Source: Candidatus Subterrananammoxibius californiae (GTDB lineage Bacteria > Planctomycetota > Brocadiia > Brocadiales > Subterrananammoxibiaceae). From it: a stretch of DNA of 40,777 nucleotides. The stretch spans positions 1 through 40,777 of the forward strand of contig JAURAC010000028.1 of assembly GCA_030586555.1 (NCBI GenBank). Direction: 5' to 3'. Under the pieces are notes generated by a model. The model did not search any database. It was not told where the DNA came from and was given only the letters and a program-made list of their open reading frames with translations. The translations under genes and the position numbers were made by a program. Positions 26,755 through 35,175 of this stretch are shown piece after piece (positions within the stretch are counted from its first letter, which is position 1; the number at the start of each line of letters is the position of its first letter).

Positions 26755-28533
26755 ATGGTTGATCCTATTTTATCATTAGCTGTTGCAATTGCGGAAGGAA
26801 GAAAAACTTACGCTGTGTTTTTGGGGTCTGGGGTTTCAAAGGCTGCAGGTATTCTGACAGGAACTGATATACTCTGGGATACCATTAAGAAAATTTATAA
26901 ACTGGAAAAAGATAAAGACAAAGACCCAAATGACAATGAGGTTAAAGACTGGTTTGAAAAAAGTGAGTTCAAAGATTTTACCTATTCGAAAATCCTCGAA
27001 ACCATCTGTCCTTCTCAAGAAGAGCGGAGGCAATTTCTTGAGAAATATTTTGTAGGAAAAAATCCAACGGATACACATAGATGTATAGCTGATATGGTTA
27101 GGAATGGTTTATTAAAAGTCATAATTACAACCAACTTTGATAGATTAATGGAAAAGGCTTTGGATGCTATTGAAGTCAAATATGATGTTGTATCTTCGCC
27201 TGCGGAGCTTAAAGTACTAAAAGCAAGGGAACATTCACCATGCAGGGTACTTAAATTGCATGGGGATTATCAAAGTGGTGAAATAAAAAACACAGAGAAA
27301 GAATTAGTAAGGTTAGAGCCAAAAATTGAAAAAGAGTTTAAAGAAATATTGAATAGATATGGAATTGTAGTAATTGGATATAGCGGTCAGGATGAAGGCG
27401 TAATGAGATGCCTTGAAAAGAGAAATTCAAAATATACTTTATACTGGCTAAAAAAGGAAAATATATGTGAGAGAGTTGATAGGCTATTAAAGCAACAAGA
27501 CGGAAAGGTGATTGAGAGAGAAAATTCTGATGCGTTTGTGAAGGAGTTGGTAAGGAAGATAGAGATATTTTCTCTTTACGAAGCGGGGGATACACCTGAG
27601 TACTTGATGCATTTGACAAAGCAATTTATAAAAGAAAACGATGAGGTTGGCTTTTGGGAAGAAGTTAAGAAACAGTTAAAAGAAGTAAGTAAGAGTTGGC
27701 AAGAAATTTATAAGAAAATACAAAACGAGCGAATGGATAAGAAAATAAAAGACGACCTAAAAAGAGCTCAGGATGGAGTAAAGGAGCTTGAAATCCATAC
27801 CGATAAGATTTTAGGTATAGGTTTGGTTCTGGTTGAATATGAAAAAAAAGAGAATTTTAAAAATTTTTTACGTGTCTTTCAGGAACTTTATGAAATGTAT
27901 AATAATATGTCAGTAAATTGGCAGGATTGTTTTACAGATATTCTTTTTGCTATTATACATAATGTTTTTTACACTTTAGGAGCATTAGCTTTAAGGGATG
28001 AAAGGTTCGAAATCATAAAAGAGCTTTTGAGCTACAGAATTAGGGACAGAAAAATTGGAAAGTATGAAAGTATTTTAGTTCAACCATGGATGTTTTACCC
28101 AATTTCTTTTGGGGAAAAAACAGATAAAGCCTTTGAATATTTGATAAATATGTTTAATAATAAAGAGTTTTTAAAAGAGTATTTTCGCTCAAAAGACAAG
28201 TTTTCTTGTGCTTTATGCGAATTCAATTGTTTGCTTAACATATATGAGAGAGTTAAGAATTTAAAAAGTAGTGGGCGCTATTGTATTTATCCAATGTTTA
28301 TTGGGGTTTTTCCTTATGTTGGCAAGGTCTTTGAAGATAGACTAAAGGATAATGAATTTTTAAGAAACATCGCTGAAGAAATATGTGGAGTGAAAATTGA
28401 AACGTTTAAAAAAAATTGGCCTTTAATATGCACGGATATTATCAAACAGTACGGAGGTATATATAGAAATACAGGTTTAGGTCCAGATCTTTTTACAGAA
28501 AGCTCTGATACTGGGGTAGTTGGTTTAAAGTAA
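26755..28533 (+). CDS. SIR2-like (SIR2_2) domain protein with an uncharacterised helical C-terminus
   Basis: FLGSGVS, ITTNFD, KLHGD and VIGYSG.D motifs. ATG at 26755 after GAGGTG. Confidence 0.88.
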   Translation: MVDPILSLAVAIAEGRKTYAVFLGSGVSKAAGILTGTDILWDTIKKIYKLEKDKDKDPNDNEVKDWFEKSEFKDFTYSKILETICPSQEERRQFLEKYFVGKNPTDTHRCIADMVRNGLLKVIITTNFDRLMEKALDAIEVKYDVVSSPAELKVLKAREHSPCRVLKLHGDYQSGEIKNTEKELVRLEPKIEKEFKEILNRYGIVVIGYSGQDEGVMRCLEKRNSKYTLYWLKKENICERVDRLLKQQDGKVIERENSDAFVKELVRKIEIFSLYEAGDTPEYLMHLTKQFIKENDEVGFWEEVKKQLKEVSKSWQEIYKKIQNERMDKKIKDDLKRAQDGVKELEIHTDKILGIGLVLVEYEKKENFKNFLRVFQELYEMYNNMSVNWQDCFTDILFAIIHNVFYTLGALALRDERFEIIKELLSYRIRDRKIGKYESILVQPWMFYPISFGEKTDKAFEYLINMFNNKEFLKEYFRSKDKFSCALCEFNCLLNIYERVKNLKSSGRYCIYPMFIGVFPYVGKVFEDRLKDNEFLRNIAEEICGVKIETFKKNWPLICTDIIKQYGGIYRNTGLGPDLFTESSDTGVVGLK

Positions 28534-28576
28534 AAGAGATTTTCTACTTTTTAAAAGAATTCGTTCGTTCTGGCAA

Positions 28577-29416
28577 TTAGCCTTTTTGTTCTATCGGGCA
28601 ATCTGTTACTGCAAAGTGCTGGTTAAGCTTCTTAGAAATCCTCTGAATACCTTTTAGTTGTGGTTTTAATGCTAAAGCTACGTTCAGATATTTAGCGGCG
28701 GTTGTATAATCATTCATGGTAAGATAACACTCGGCTATCTTTTTATAGGTAAACGCCATCTCGTGCCTTGAGAGGGTAAGCTTTAATACCTTTTTATAAT
28801 AATTTATGGCTTCTTGAGGTAATGATGACCTTGCCAACTGATGGCAATAAATGTTGCGAATTCTGTCTTTGATTTCGTCAAATAAATATCGGCGGGTAGC
28901 GGTTACATCCTTTTTGCTATAAATCTGTTCGTAGAATTCAACAGCCTTTTGAAATTCTCCCTGTTTTTCGTATTCCTCGGCAAGCAGGAATTTGCAGTCT
29001 ATGTATTCATTCAAGGTCATATAGATAAGCGGGTCGGATTCACTGCAATCATTCTTGAGATGGTCGTAATCCTCGAGCGCCTTTTTTACATTTCTATTTA
29101 CAAGGTCAAAGAGTATTGCCCTTGCCCTGTAACGATAATCAAATCCGCCTGAGGCGGACTTGTAAATGTTCCTTCTAAAGCATATATGCTCCTGAGACAG
29201 ATAATTCTGCAGCAACCTATCATAAAACATCCTCTGGGTAGAATTTGTCAGCGTCTTGTATGCCTGCAGTATAAGTTTGACCTTTGTTTCAGCCCATTCT
29301 TTATTTGAGCCATTTCTGTCAGGATGATACTTCTTTACAAGACTCCTGAAGGAGTGTCTTATCTCTTCTGCGTTTGCTTTCCTGCCAACCTCGAGGACTT
29401 CGTAATAATTTACCAT
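28577..29416 (-). CDS. DnaJ-domain protein with TPR repeats
   Basis: NYYEVL...KYHPD J-domain followed by TPR-like helices. Confidence 0.9.
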   Translation of the reverse strand: MVNYYEVLEVGRKANAEEIRHSFRSLVKKYHPDRNGSNKEWAETKVKLILQAYKTLTNSTQRMFYDRLLQNYLSQEHICFRRNIYKSASGGFDYRYRARAILFDLVNRNVKKALEDYDHLKNDCSESDPLIYMTLNEYIDCKFLLAEEYEKQGEFQKAVEFYEQIYSKKDVTATRRYLFDEIKDRIRNIYCHQLARSSLPQEAINYYKKVLKLTLSRHEMAFTYKKIAECYLTMNDYTTAAKYLNVALALKPQLKGIQRISKKLNQHFAVTDCPIEQKG

Positions 29417-29423
29417 ATTAAGA

Positions 29424-29453
29424 TGTAGAGACGCAAAATCTTGCGTCTCTACA
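29424..29453. repeat. GTAG-class REP hairpin
   Basis: tgtagagacgcaa-aatc-ttgcgtctctaca, a perfect 13-bp stem. Confidence 0.82.
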
Positions 29454-29458
29454 GAATT

Positions 29459-31099
29459 CTAATGATATTGATTTTTAATTGTGTTGAAAACCTTAGGTTC
29501 CAAGCCTTTGAACCTTTCAATATATTCGATTCTTTCGCTAACCAGATGCTTTACAAGCTCTTCTACCCGGTTTTGAGAATAGAATTTTGAAAGATTAAAT
29601 CGGTCAACATCTATTCCATCTACGCCTTTGGGAACCTTTGTGCCAAAGTACGGTTCATCTACCCATTCCATGGCTCCTCGTGCAATTGAACGGATTATGG
29701 ATGCCATCTCTGGTATCTGAACCCTCGTTACATGTCGTTTGATTATCTTATTTCCATTTCCGTCCTGTTCAATTATCTCTCCCACTCCACCAGTATTCAA
29801 CTGGTAAAACTGGATTTTTGCCTCATTTGCCTTGATGAGTTTATAGAACAAGTTTCCTTCCCATGAGAGGTCACCAATTATGAATGGGTTGGTACCCACC
29901 TCCCTTACCGATTCTCCGGCGCGCTTTGGGTCACCGCCAGATGATTCTATAGATTCACCGAGCATGAATGCCGCAGCAGCCTGTTCAGGAGTTAGTTTTG
30001 AAACTATTGGCACTACGGTATTTCTTCTCACTATAAATGCAATTATTAAGCCGTCTAATTCATTTACAGAGGAAAGATTTATACCTTTAGCCCTGTATTC
30101 ACCGAGGTCATCTCTTTGGATTACGCCCCTTCCGTTGCCTGTAAGCGTGTCATTATTAAAATCAACATTCCCTTCGTAATCTACAAAGACGTTTTCAAAT
30201 ATGGTGTTAGGTGATACCGCTGCTTTATATATTACTTTTTGCGTATCTGGATTGAGCCCTTCTGTCTTAAGATAGAAGCCTTTTTCCGTTCCATAAGCTG
30301 CGCCGCTGGGGTGGAAGAAGACAACGTCGTCCTGAAGAATTTCAATACCTTCTCCCTTTCCTGTTAATCCATGGTCGTGGCACGTATGGGTGGTCTTTCC
30401 TGTAGCGGTCAAACCAAATATAAGCATACCATATCTCTTTAGCTTCCCGGTTACGGAATCCCTTGCCTTGATTATCTTTGCGCCAGCATGCAGCCCCAGC
30501 ATCCCTGCCTTCTTGGCATTCCACATACCCATTCGCAGGTGTCCCTTTTTAGATTCTCCGTAATAATCTGAACCGAGTACGAATGTAACGTTTATCTCCG
30601 GGAATACCAGTATTTGCCTATCCTTTTCCTGCCACTCCGGTATATATATCAGGTATTGTTCGGGCCCTGGTGTGTCTTTTTGGGAATGTAGGGTCTGTCC
30701 CCACATGTGTGCAAGCCTAATCATTTCTTTTCTATGAACGGAGACGTATAATGTGCACTGAGGGGTAAAGTAAGTATTATCACCCATAGTCCTTTTAACG
30801 CACACAAATGGCGCTTTTTCCATATAGTGCATCAGGTTTTCTACAGTCTTTTGGGCATTATTTATTATTTCGTTTTGCCGGATGCTCCATTTTCTATCCA
30901 TTACATGCGGCGGACCTATATAAACGGTAAGCCCTGCAGACCTGTTCTTAACGGTTGAGACAAAATTATAACTTCCAAAACATGTCTCAGTGCCAAATTT
31001 CTCTGCCTCCCTTTTTGCCTCCTCCGCTGAAGGATGCTTAACATTTGGTTTGTATTGAAGCTCTTTTACTTTCTTAAGTATTTCATCAAAATTTATCAT
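29459..31099 (-). CDS. pckA: Phosphoenolpyruvate carboxykinase (ATP)
   Basis: Y.GE.KKG, LHAGAK, FGLTATGKTT, QDD, FENV and T.NGR motifs. Confidence 0.88.
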   Translation of the reverse strand: MINFDEILKKVKELQYKPNVKHPSAEEAKREAEKFGTETCFGSYNFVSTVKNRSAGLTVYIGPPHVMDRKWSIRQNEIINNAQKTVENLMHYMEKAPFVCVKRTMGDNTYFTPQCTLYVSVHRKEMIRLAHMWGQTLHSQKDTPGPEQYLIYIPEWQEKDRQILVFPEINVTFVLGSDYYGESKKGHLRMGMWNAKKAGMLGLHAGAKIIKARDSVTGKLKRYGMLIFGLTATGKTTHTCHDHGLTGKGEGIEILQDDVVFFHPSGAAYGTEKGFYLKTEGLNPDTQKVIYKAAVSPNTIFENVFVDYEGNVDFNNDTLTGNGRGVIQRDDLGEYRAKGINLSSVNELDGLIIAFIVRRNTVVPIVSKLTPEQAAAAFMLGESIESSGGDPKRAGESVREVGTNPFIIGDLSWEGNLFYKLIKANEAKIQFYQLNTGGVGEIIEQDGNGNKIIKRHVTRVQIPEMASIIRSIARGAMEWVDEPYFGTKVPKGVDGIDVDRFNLSKFYSQNRVEELVKHLVSERIEYIERFKGLEPKVFNTIKNQYH

Positions 31100-31222
31100 C
31101 TTCTCCGTGTCCAGACCTCCTAATTTGTTAAGGTAAGCAAAGAATGGGTACCGATAAAGTTTGCTATTTATAGTAAATCAAAAACAAATTGTCAAGATTT
31201 AAATTTATACACACCTTTCAAT

Positions 31223-31250
31223 CATCTCACGTCTTACATCTAACTTCTTA
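31223..31250 (+). repeat. Short heptamer array
   Basis: catctca cgtctta catctaa cttctta. Confidence 0.55.
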
Positions 31251-31262
31251 TGCCCTTAATTT

Positions 31263-31350
31263 ACTTTATCAAAGATAGAAGAGCTTGTCAACACATAAGA
31301 AAAAAGAGGGCAAAGTTTTCTTTGACACGCAAAGGGGCATTTATTAGTAT
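31263..31350. promoter_or_regulatory. Divergent sigma70 promoters for pckA (-) and the UbiA-family gene (+)
   Basis: Minus strand: TTGACA(31291-31286)-17-TAAAGT. Plus strand: TTGACA(31322-31327)-17-TAGTAT. Confidence 0.55.
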
Positions 31351-31367
31351 ATGGACTGGCGAAAAGC

Positions 31368-32279
31368 ATGCAAAAAGGTAAAGAGGCAAAAAAGCTAAGA
31401 GGTAAAGAGGTGGCAGGTAAGGTAAGCGATGTTCTTAAATTGATTAAATTCTCACATACTGTATTTTCCATGCCATTTGCGGTAATGAGCGCTTTTCTTG
31501 CTGGAAAAGGGATGCCGTCTTTAAGGCAATCTGTTATAATTATTATTGCGCTTGTTTCGGCACGGAGTTGCGCTATGGCATTTAACAGACTCGTTGATGT
31601 AAAATACGACACACACAATCCAAGAACTGCGTATCGTGCCACGCTTCAGCAAAAAATCGGCAGTCATAATGTTTGGTTTTTTATGATGGTGAGTGCCGCT
31701 ATCTTTATATTATCTGCCTGTGCGTTAAATCGTTTATCCTTAATTTTATCCCCGATGGCGCTTTTTATAATCCTTGGCTACTCCTACACAAAAAGATTTA
31801 CGAGCCTTTCGCATCTCGTATTAGGACTTGCCCTTGCTTTAGCCCCCATTGGGGCGTGGGTTGGGATTAAGGGAGAGTTCTCTATCCCACCGTTTATCAT
31901 TGCGCTGGCGGTCATGTTGTGGGTAACAGGTTTTGATATTATTTATTCATGTCAGGACGTTGAATATGATAAAGGTGCAGGACTCTATTCGTTGCCCAAA
32001 AAGGTCGGAATGAAAAGCGCCTTAATACTTTCGTTTGTATCACACATTCTTGCTATATTAGCACTATTGTCTTTAATGTATTTTACTGACTTCCATATTA
32101 TTTATTTTATCGGGGTTTGCCTGGTTGCCGGGTTGTTATTTTACGAACACTCGCTTGTAAAACCAGACGACTTTTCGAGGGTAAATGCTGCTTTTTTTAC
32201 CGTTAATGGTATTGTGAGTCTTGTCCTTATGTGTATGTCTTTAGTTGATATTTTCTTATTCTCTGCTAAACTTGGATAG
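31368..32279 (+). CDS. UbiA-family prenyltransferase (MqnP-like)
   Basis: IKFSHTVF..PFA, ARS.AM.FNR.VD...D..NPRT, YSYTKRFT and GFDIIY..QD..YD motifs. Confidence 0.9.
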   Translation: MQKGKEAKKLRGKEVAGKVSDVLKLIKFSHTVFSMPFAVMSAFLAGKGMPSLRQSVIIIIALVSARSCAMAFNRLVDVKYDTHNPRTAYRATLQQKIGSHNVWFFMMVSAAIFILSACALNRLSLILSPMALFIILGYSYTKRFTSLSHLVLGLALALAPIGAWVGIKGEFSIPPFIIALAVMLWVTGFDIIYSCQDVEYDKGAGLYSLPKKVGMKSALILSFVSHILAILALLSLMYFTDFHIIYFIGVCLVAGLLFYEHSLVKPDDFSRVNAAFFTVNGIVSLVLMCMSLVDIFLFSAKLG

Positions 32280-32301
32280 GAGAACGTGGTATAATAAACA
32301 A

Positions 32302-32346
32302 AGGGTCATGGGTGATAGGTATTAGGTTATAGGGAATATTCCCTAT
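32302..32346 (+). repeat. Heptamer array ending in a hairpin
   Basis: agggtca tgggtga taggtat taggtta, then atagggaat-attccctat. Confidence 0.65.
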
Positions 32347-32367
32347 TGGCTATTTTCAGGAGGATGT

Positions 32368-33384
32368 ATGAAAACTACTGTAACAGAACTTGAAGAAAGC
32401 GAACTTAAATCCATAGAGGAAATTATCAGGGGAAGGGACAAGATTAAAAGTGAGATTGCCAAGGTAATCGTTGGACAGGATGAGGTAATAGAGCAACTCC
32501 TTATTGCGCTCTTTTGCAAGGGACACTGCCTTTTTGTAGGTGTTCCAGGTCTTGCAAAGACCATGCTTGTCAGCACGCTTGCAGAGGTCTTGAATCTTAG
32601 ATTCAGCCGCATTCAATTTACACCCGACCTTATGCCTGCTGACATAACAGGCACAGACATCCTTGAGCAAGACCACACTACAGGCAGGAGGTATTTCAGA
32701 TTTATAAAGGGCCCTATATTTGCAAATATACTGCTTGCAGATGAAATAAACAGAACGCCGCCCAAAACCCAGGCAGCCTTACTGCAATCAATGCAGGAAT
32801 ACAAGGTTACTGCAGGAGGGACTACTTATCCTCTTGATTTACCCTTTCTTGTCTTTGCCACACAGAATCCAATTGAGCAGGAAGGCACATATCCGCTTCC
32901 TGAGGCGCAACTTGATAGATTCATGTTTCAGATAAATGTTGAATATCCAAAGAAAGAGGAAGAAATTGAAATTGTAAGGACGACAACATCGGCTTATAAG
33001 CCAGTGCTTGAAAAGGTCTTCGACCCGGATACTATTACAAGCTTACAAGACCTCGTCATAAGGGTGCCAGCATCTGACCATGTTATTGGGTATGCAGTAC
33101 GATTGGTGAGGTCGTCAAGGCCAATCGAATCCAACGCGCTGGATTTTGTCAAGAAGTGGGTGAGCTGGGGCGCAGGCCCAAGGGCGTCACAATACTTAAT
33201 CCTTGGTGGGAAGGCACGTGCGCTTCTTAACGGCCGGTACGCTGTTTCGTGCGATGATATCAGGGCAATCGCACACTCAATCCTCCAGCACCGCATTATT
33301 ACCAACTTCCATGCCGAGGCGGAAGGAATATCTTCCGTGAGGATTATTGACCAGTTGCTTGACGTGGTAAAGGAGCATGAGTAG
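32368..33384 (+). CDS. moxR: MoxR family AAA+ ATPase
   Basis: GVPGLAKT, RIQFTPDLMP.DI, LADEINR and ATQNPIEQEGTYPLPEAQLDRF motifs. Confidence 0.96.
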   Translation: MKTTVTELEESELKSIEEIIRGRDKIKSEIAKVIVGQDEVIEQLLIALFCKGHCLFVGVPGLAKTMLVSTLAEVLNLRFSRIQFTPDLMPADITGTDILEQDHTTGRRYFRFIKGPIFANILLADEINRTPPKTQAALLQSMQEYKVTAGGTTYPLDLPFLVFATQNPIEQEGTYPLPEAQLDRFMFQINVEYPKKEEEIEIVRTTTSAYKPVLEKVFDPDTITSLQDLVIRVPASDHVIGYAVRLVRSSRPIESNALDFVKKWVSWGAGPRASQYLILGGKARALLNGRYAVSCDDIRAIAHSILQHRIITNFHAEAEGISSVRIIDQLLDVVKEHE

Positions 33385-33413
33385 ATATAATAGCAAAAGC
33401 CCTGTGATGATTG

Positions 33414-33685
33414 GTGAACATCTTAGACGAAATTAGACAAAAAATACGTGAAGAAGCATACAAAATTACTGCTCACGCTAATGAAGAAATGTCAAAGGAT
33501 GGTTTAATTGCCATTGACATAGAAAATGCGATATTAACTGGTCAGATAGGAAAAGATTTACAAAAGACACACGCGGGGTGCGATATGAAATTATAGGAAA
33601 ATCTTTAGACGGAAGAAACATTGGAATCATCTGTCGAATACTGCCTTCAGGAAAACTTTTAATAATAACGGTATATGCCTTGTAA
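33414..33685 (+). pseudogene. DUF4258 family toxin, frameshifted
   Basis: The first frame (Y.IT.HA.EEM..D.L...DIE.AILTG) joins the -1 frame (RFTKDTRGVRYEIIG...IITVYAL*) at about 33551-33554. Confidence 0.8.
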
Positions 33686-33699
33686 GTAGGGGGTTAATT

Positions 33700-33945
33700 A
33701 TGACAACCGATATGTGTGAATATTGTAATGGGACTGTTGAAGAAAAAGTTGCTCAGGTAGATTTTAAGTATAAAGGACACATAATTTATGTCAAGAATGT
33801 ACCTGTTGGAATTTGTAACAAATGTGGTGAACGATACTTTGACGCTAAGGTTTATAAAAAGCTGGAAGAAATTGCAAGGAAGAAGGATAAGATAAAAAAT
33901 AAGATTTCGTTTCCTCTGGCAAATTATGAAGAACTTGCTGTATGA
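33700..33945 (+). CDS. YgiT-type zinc finger (MqsA-like antitoxin)
   Basis: CEYC ... VKNVP..IC.KCGE.YF motif. Confidence 0.88.
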   Translation: MTTDMCEYCNGTVEEKVAQVDFKYKGHIIYVKNVPVGICNKCGERYFDAKVYKKLEEIARKKDKIKNKISFPLANYEELAV

Positions 33946-33992
33946 TACATATACAGGAGCAAGACACGGGTTGAAAATAAGAGATTTGTAGA

Positions 33993-34250
33993 ATGAGCAT
34001 GGATAAGAAACTTATAAAAGAAGACCGTGATGAGATAATTGTGAGAAATGATGCCTTATATAAAAAGCATGCTAAGCATTTAGAACAAACAAATCACGGT
34101 GACTATGTGGCAATAGCTTTTGACGGACAAATTATCGTAGAAAAAGATTGCGTAAAATTGCTTCAAGAAGCTACTCGTAGATTTGGTCGCTGCAATTTTG
34201 TATGTCGCAGAGTAGGATACGATTACTTGTTAAAATGGAGGAGAACCTAA
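33993..34250 (+). CDS. Small hypothetical protein (DUF5678-like)
   Basis: H.G.YVAI..DG.II and F..RRVG pattern. Confidence 0.55.
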   Translation: MSMDKKLIKEDRDEIIVRNDALYKKHAKHLEQTNHGDYVAIAFDGQIIVEKDCVKLLQEATRRFGRCNFVCRRVGYDYLLKWRRT

Positions 34251-34254
34251 TAAC

Positions 34255-35175
34255 ATGACAGAAACTCGCAATCCACTTGACCCAGTGACGCTTTGCAAGA
34301 TATCAAACATGACACTGCGTGCAAGGTACATAGTTGAGGGGGTACTATCGGGTCTTCATAAAAGTCCCCACAAGGGCTCAAGTATAGAATTCCTTGAACA
34401 TAAGGAATATTCACCTGGGGACGAGATAAAACATATTGATTGGAAGGTGCTGGCAAGGTCGGATAAATATTACCTCAAGCAATTTGAAACAGAGACGAAC
34501 CTTAAGTGTTATATCCTGCTCGACACCAGCGGCTCGATGGGCTATTGTTCCACCGGCGTCAGTAAACTTGATTATGCAGCGACCCTCGCTGCTTCGCTTA
34601 CCTATCTTATGCTTAATCAGTCGGATGCTGTTGGACTCGCTACTTTTAGTAATGAGATACTGAACTACGTGCCACCCAGGACAAAGCCATCCCACCTTAA
34701 TATTTTAGTTGACGTTCTTAAGAATGTGAAGGCAGAAGGGAAATCAGACCTGGGAAATGTCATGAATATCATTGCTGAAAAGGTGAAAATGCGTAGTTTA
34801 TTAATCGTTATCTCTGACTTCTTTGACGATGTGATGAAAGTCGTTAGGGCGTTGACGCATCTTCGCTTTCACAAAAACGAGATTATCCTTTTTCACTTAT
34901 TGGACCCCTATGAGCTTGAATTCCCATTTGATAATCCTACACTTTTTGTTTCAACGGAGGATGAGAGGCGCATATTATCAGAACCTAAGGCAATCAGGGA
35001 GCAGTACATTTCAGGGATAAATCATTTTATTGAACTCCTCAGGCAAAAATGTCTTGAGAATCAGATTGACCACTGGCTAATCAACACCTCTTCGCCCCTT
35101 GACCATGCAATCCTAAAGTATCTTACATTAAGGGAAAGAATTTTATGCTATCGTTCTTCAGCCCCCTCTTTTTAA
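34255..35175 (+). CDS. DUF58 family protein
   Basis: G.H.SP.KG.S.EF.EH.EY.PGD....IDWK and LLD.SGSM motifs. Confidence 0.94.
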   Translation: MTETRNPLDPVTLCKISNMTLRARYIVEGVLSGLHKSPHKGSSIEFLEHKEYSPGDEIKHIDWKVLARSDKYYLKQFETETNLKCYILLDTSGSMGYCSTGVSKLDYAATLAASLTYLMLNQSDAVGLATFSNEILNYVPPRTKPSHLNILVDVLKNVKAEGKSDLGNVMNIIAEKVKMRSLLIVISDFFDDVMKVVRALTHLRFHKNEIILFHLLDPYELEFPFDNPTLFVSTEDERRILSEPKAIREQYISGINHFIELLRQKCLENQIDHWLINTSSPLDHAILKYLTLRERILCYRSSAPSF

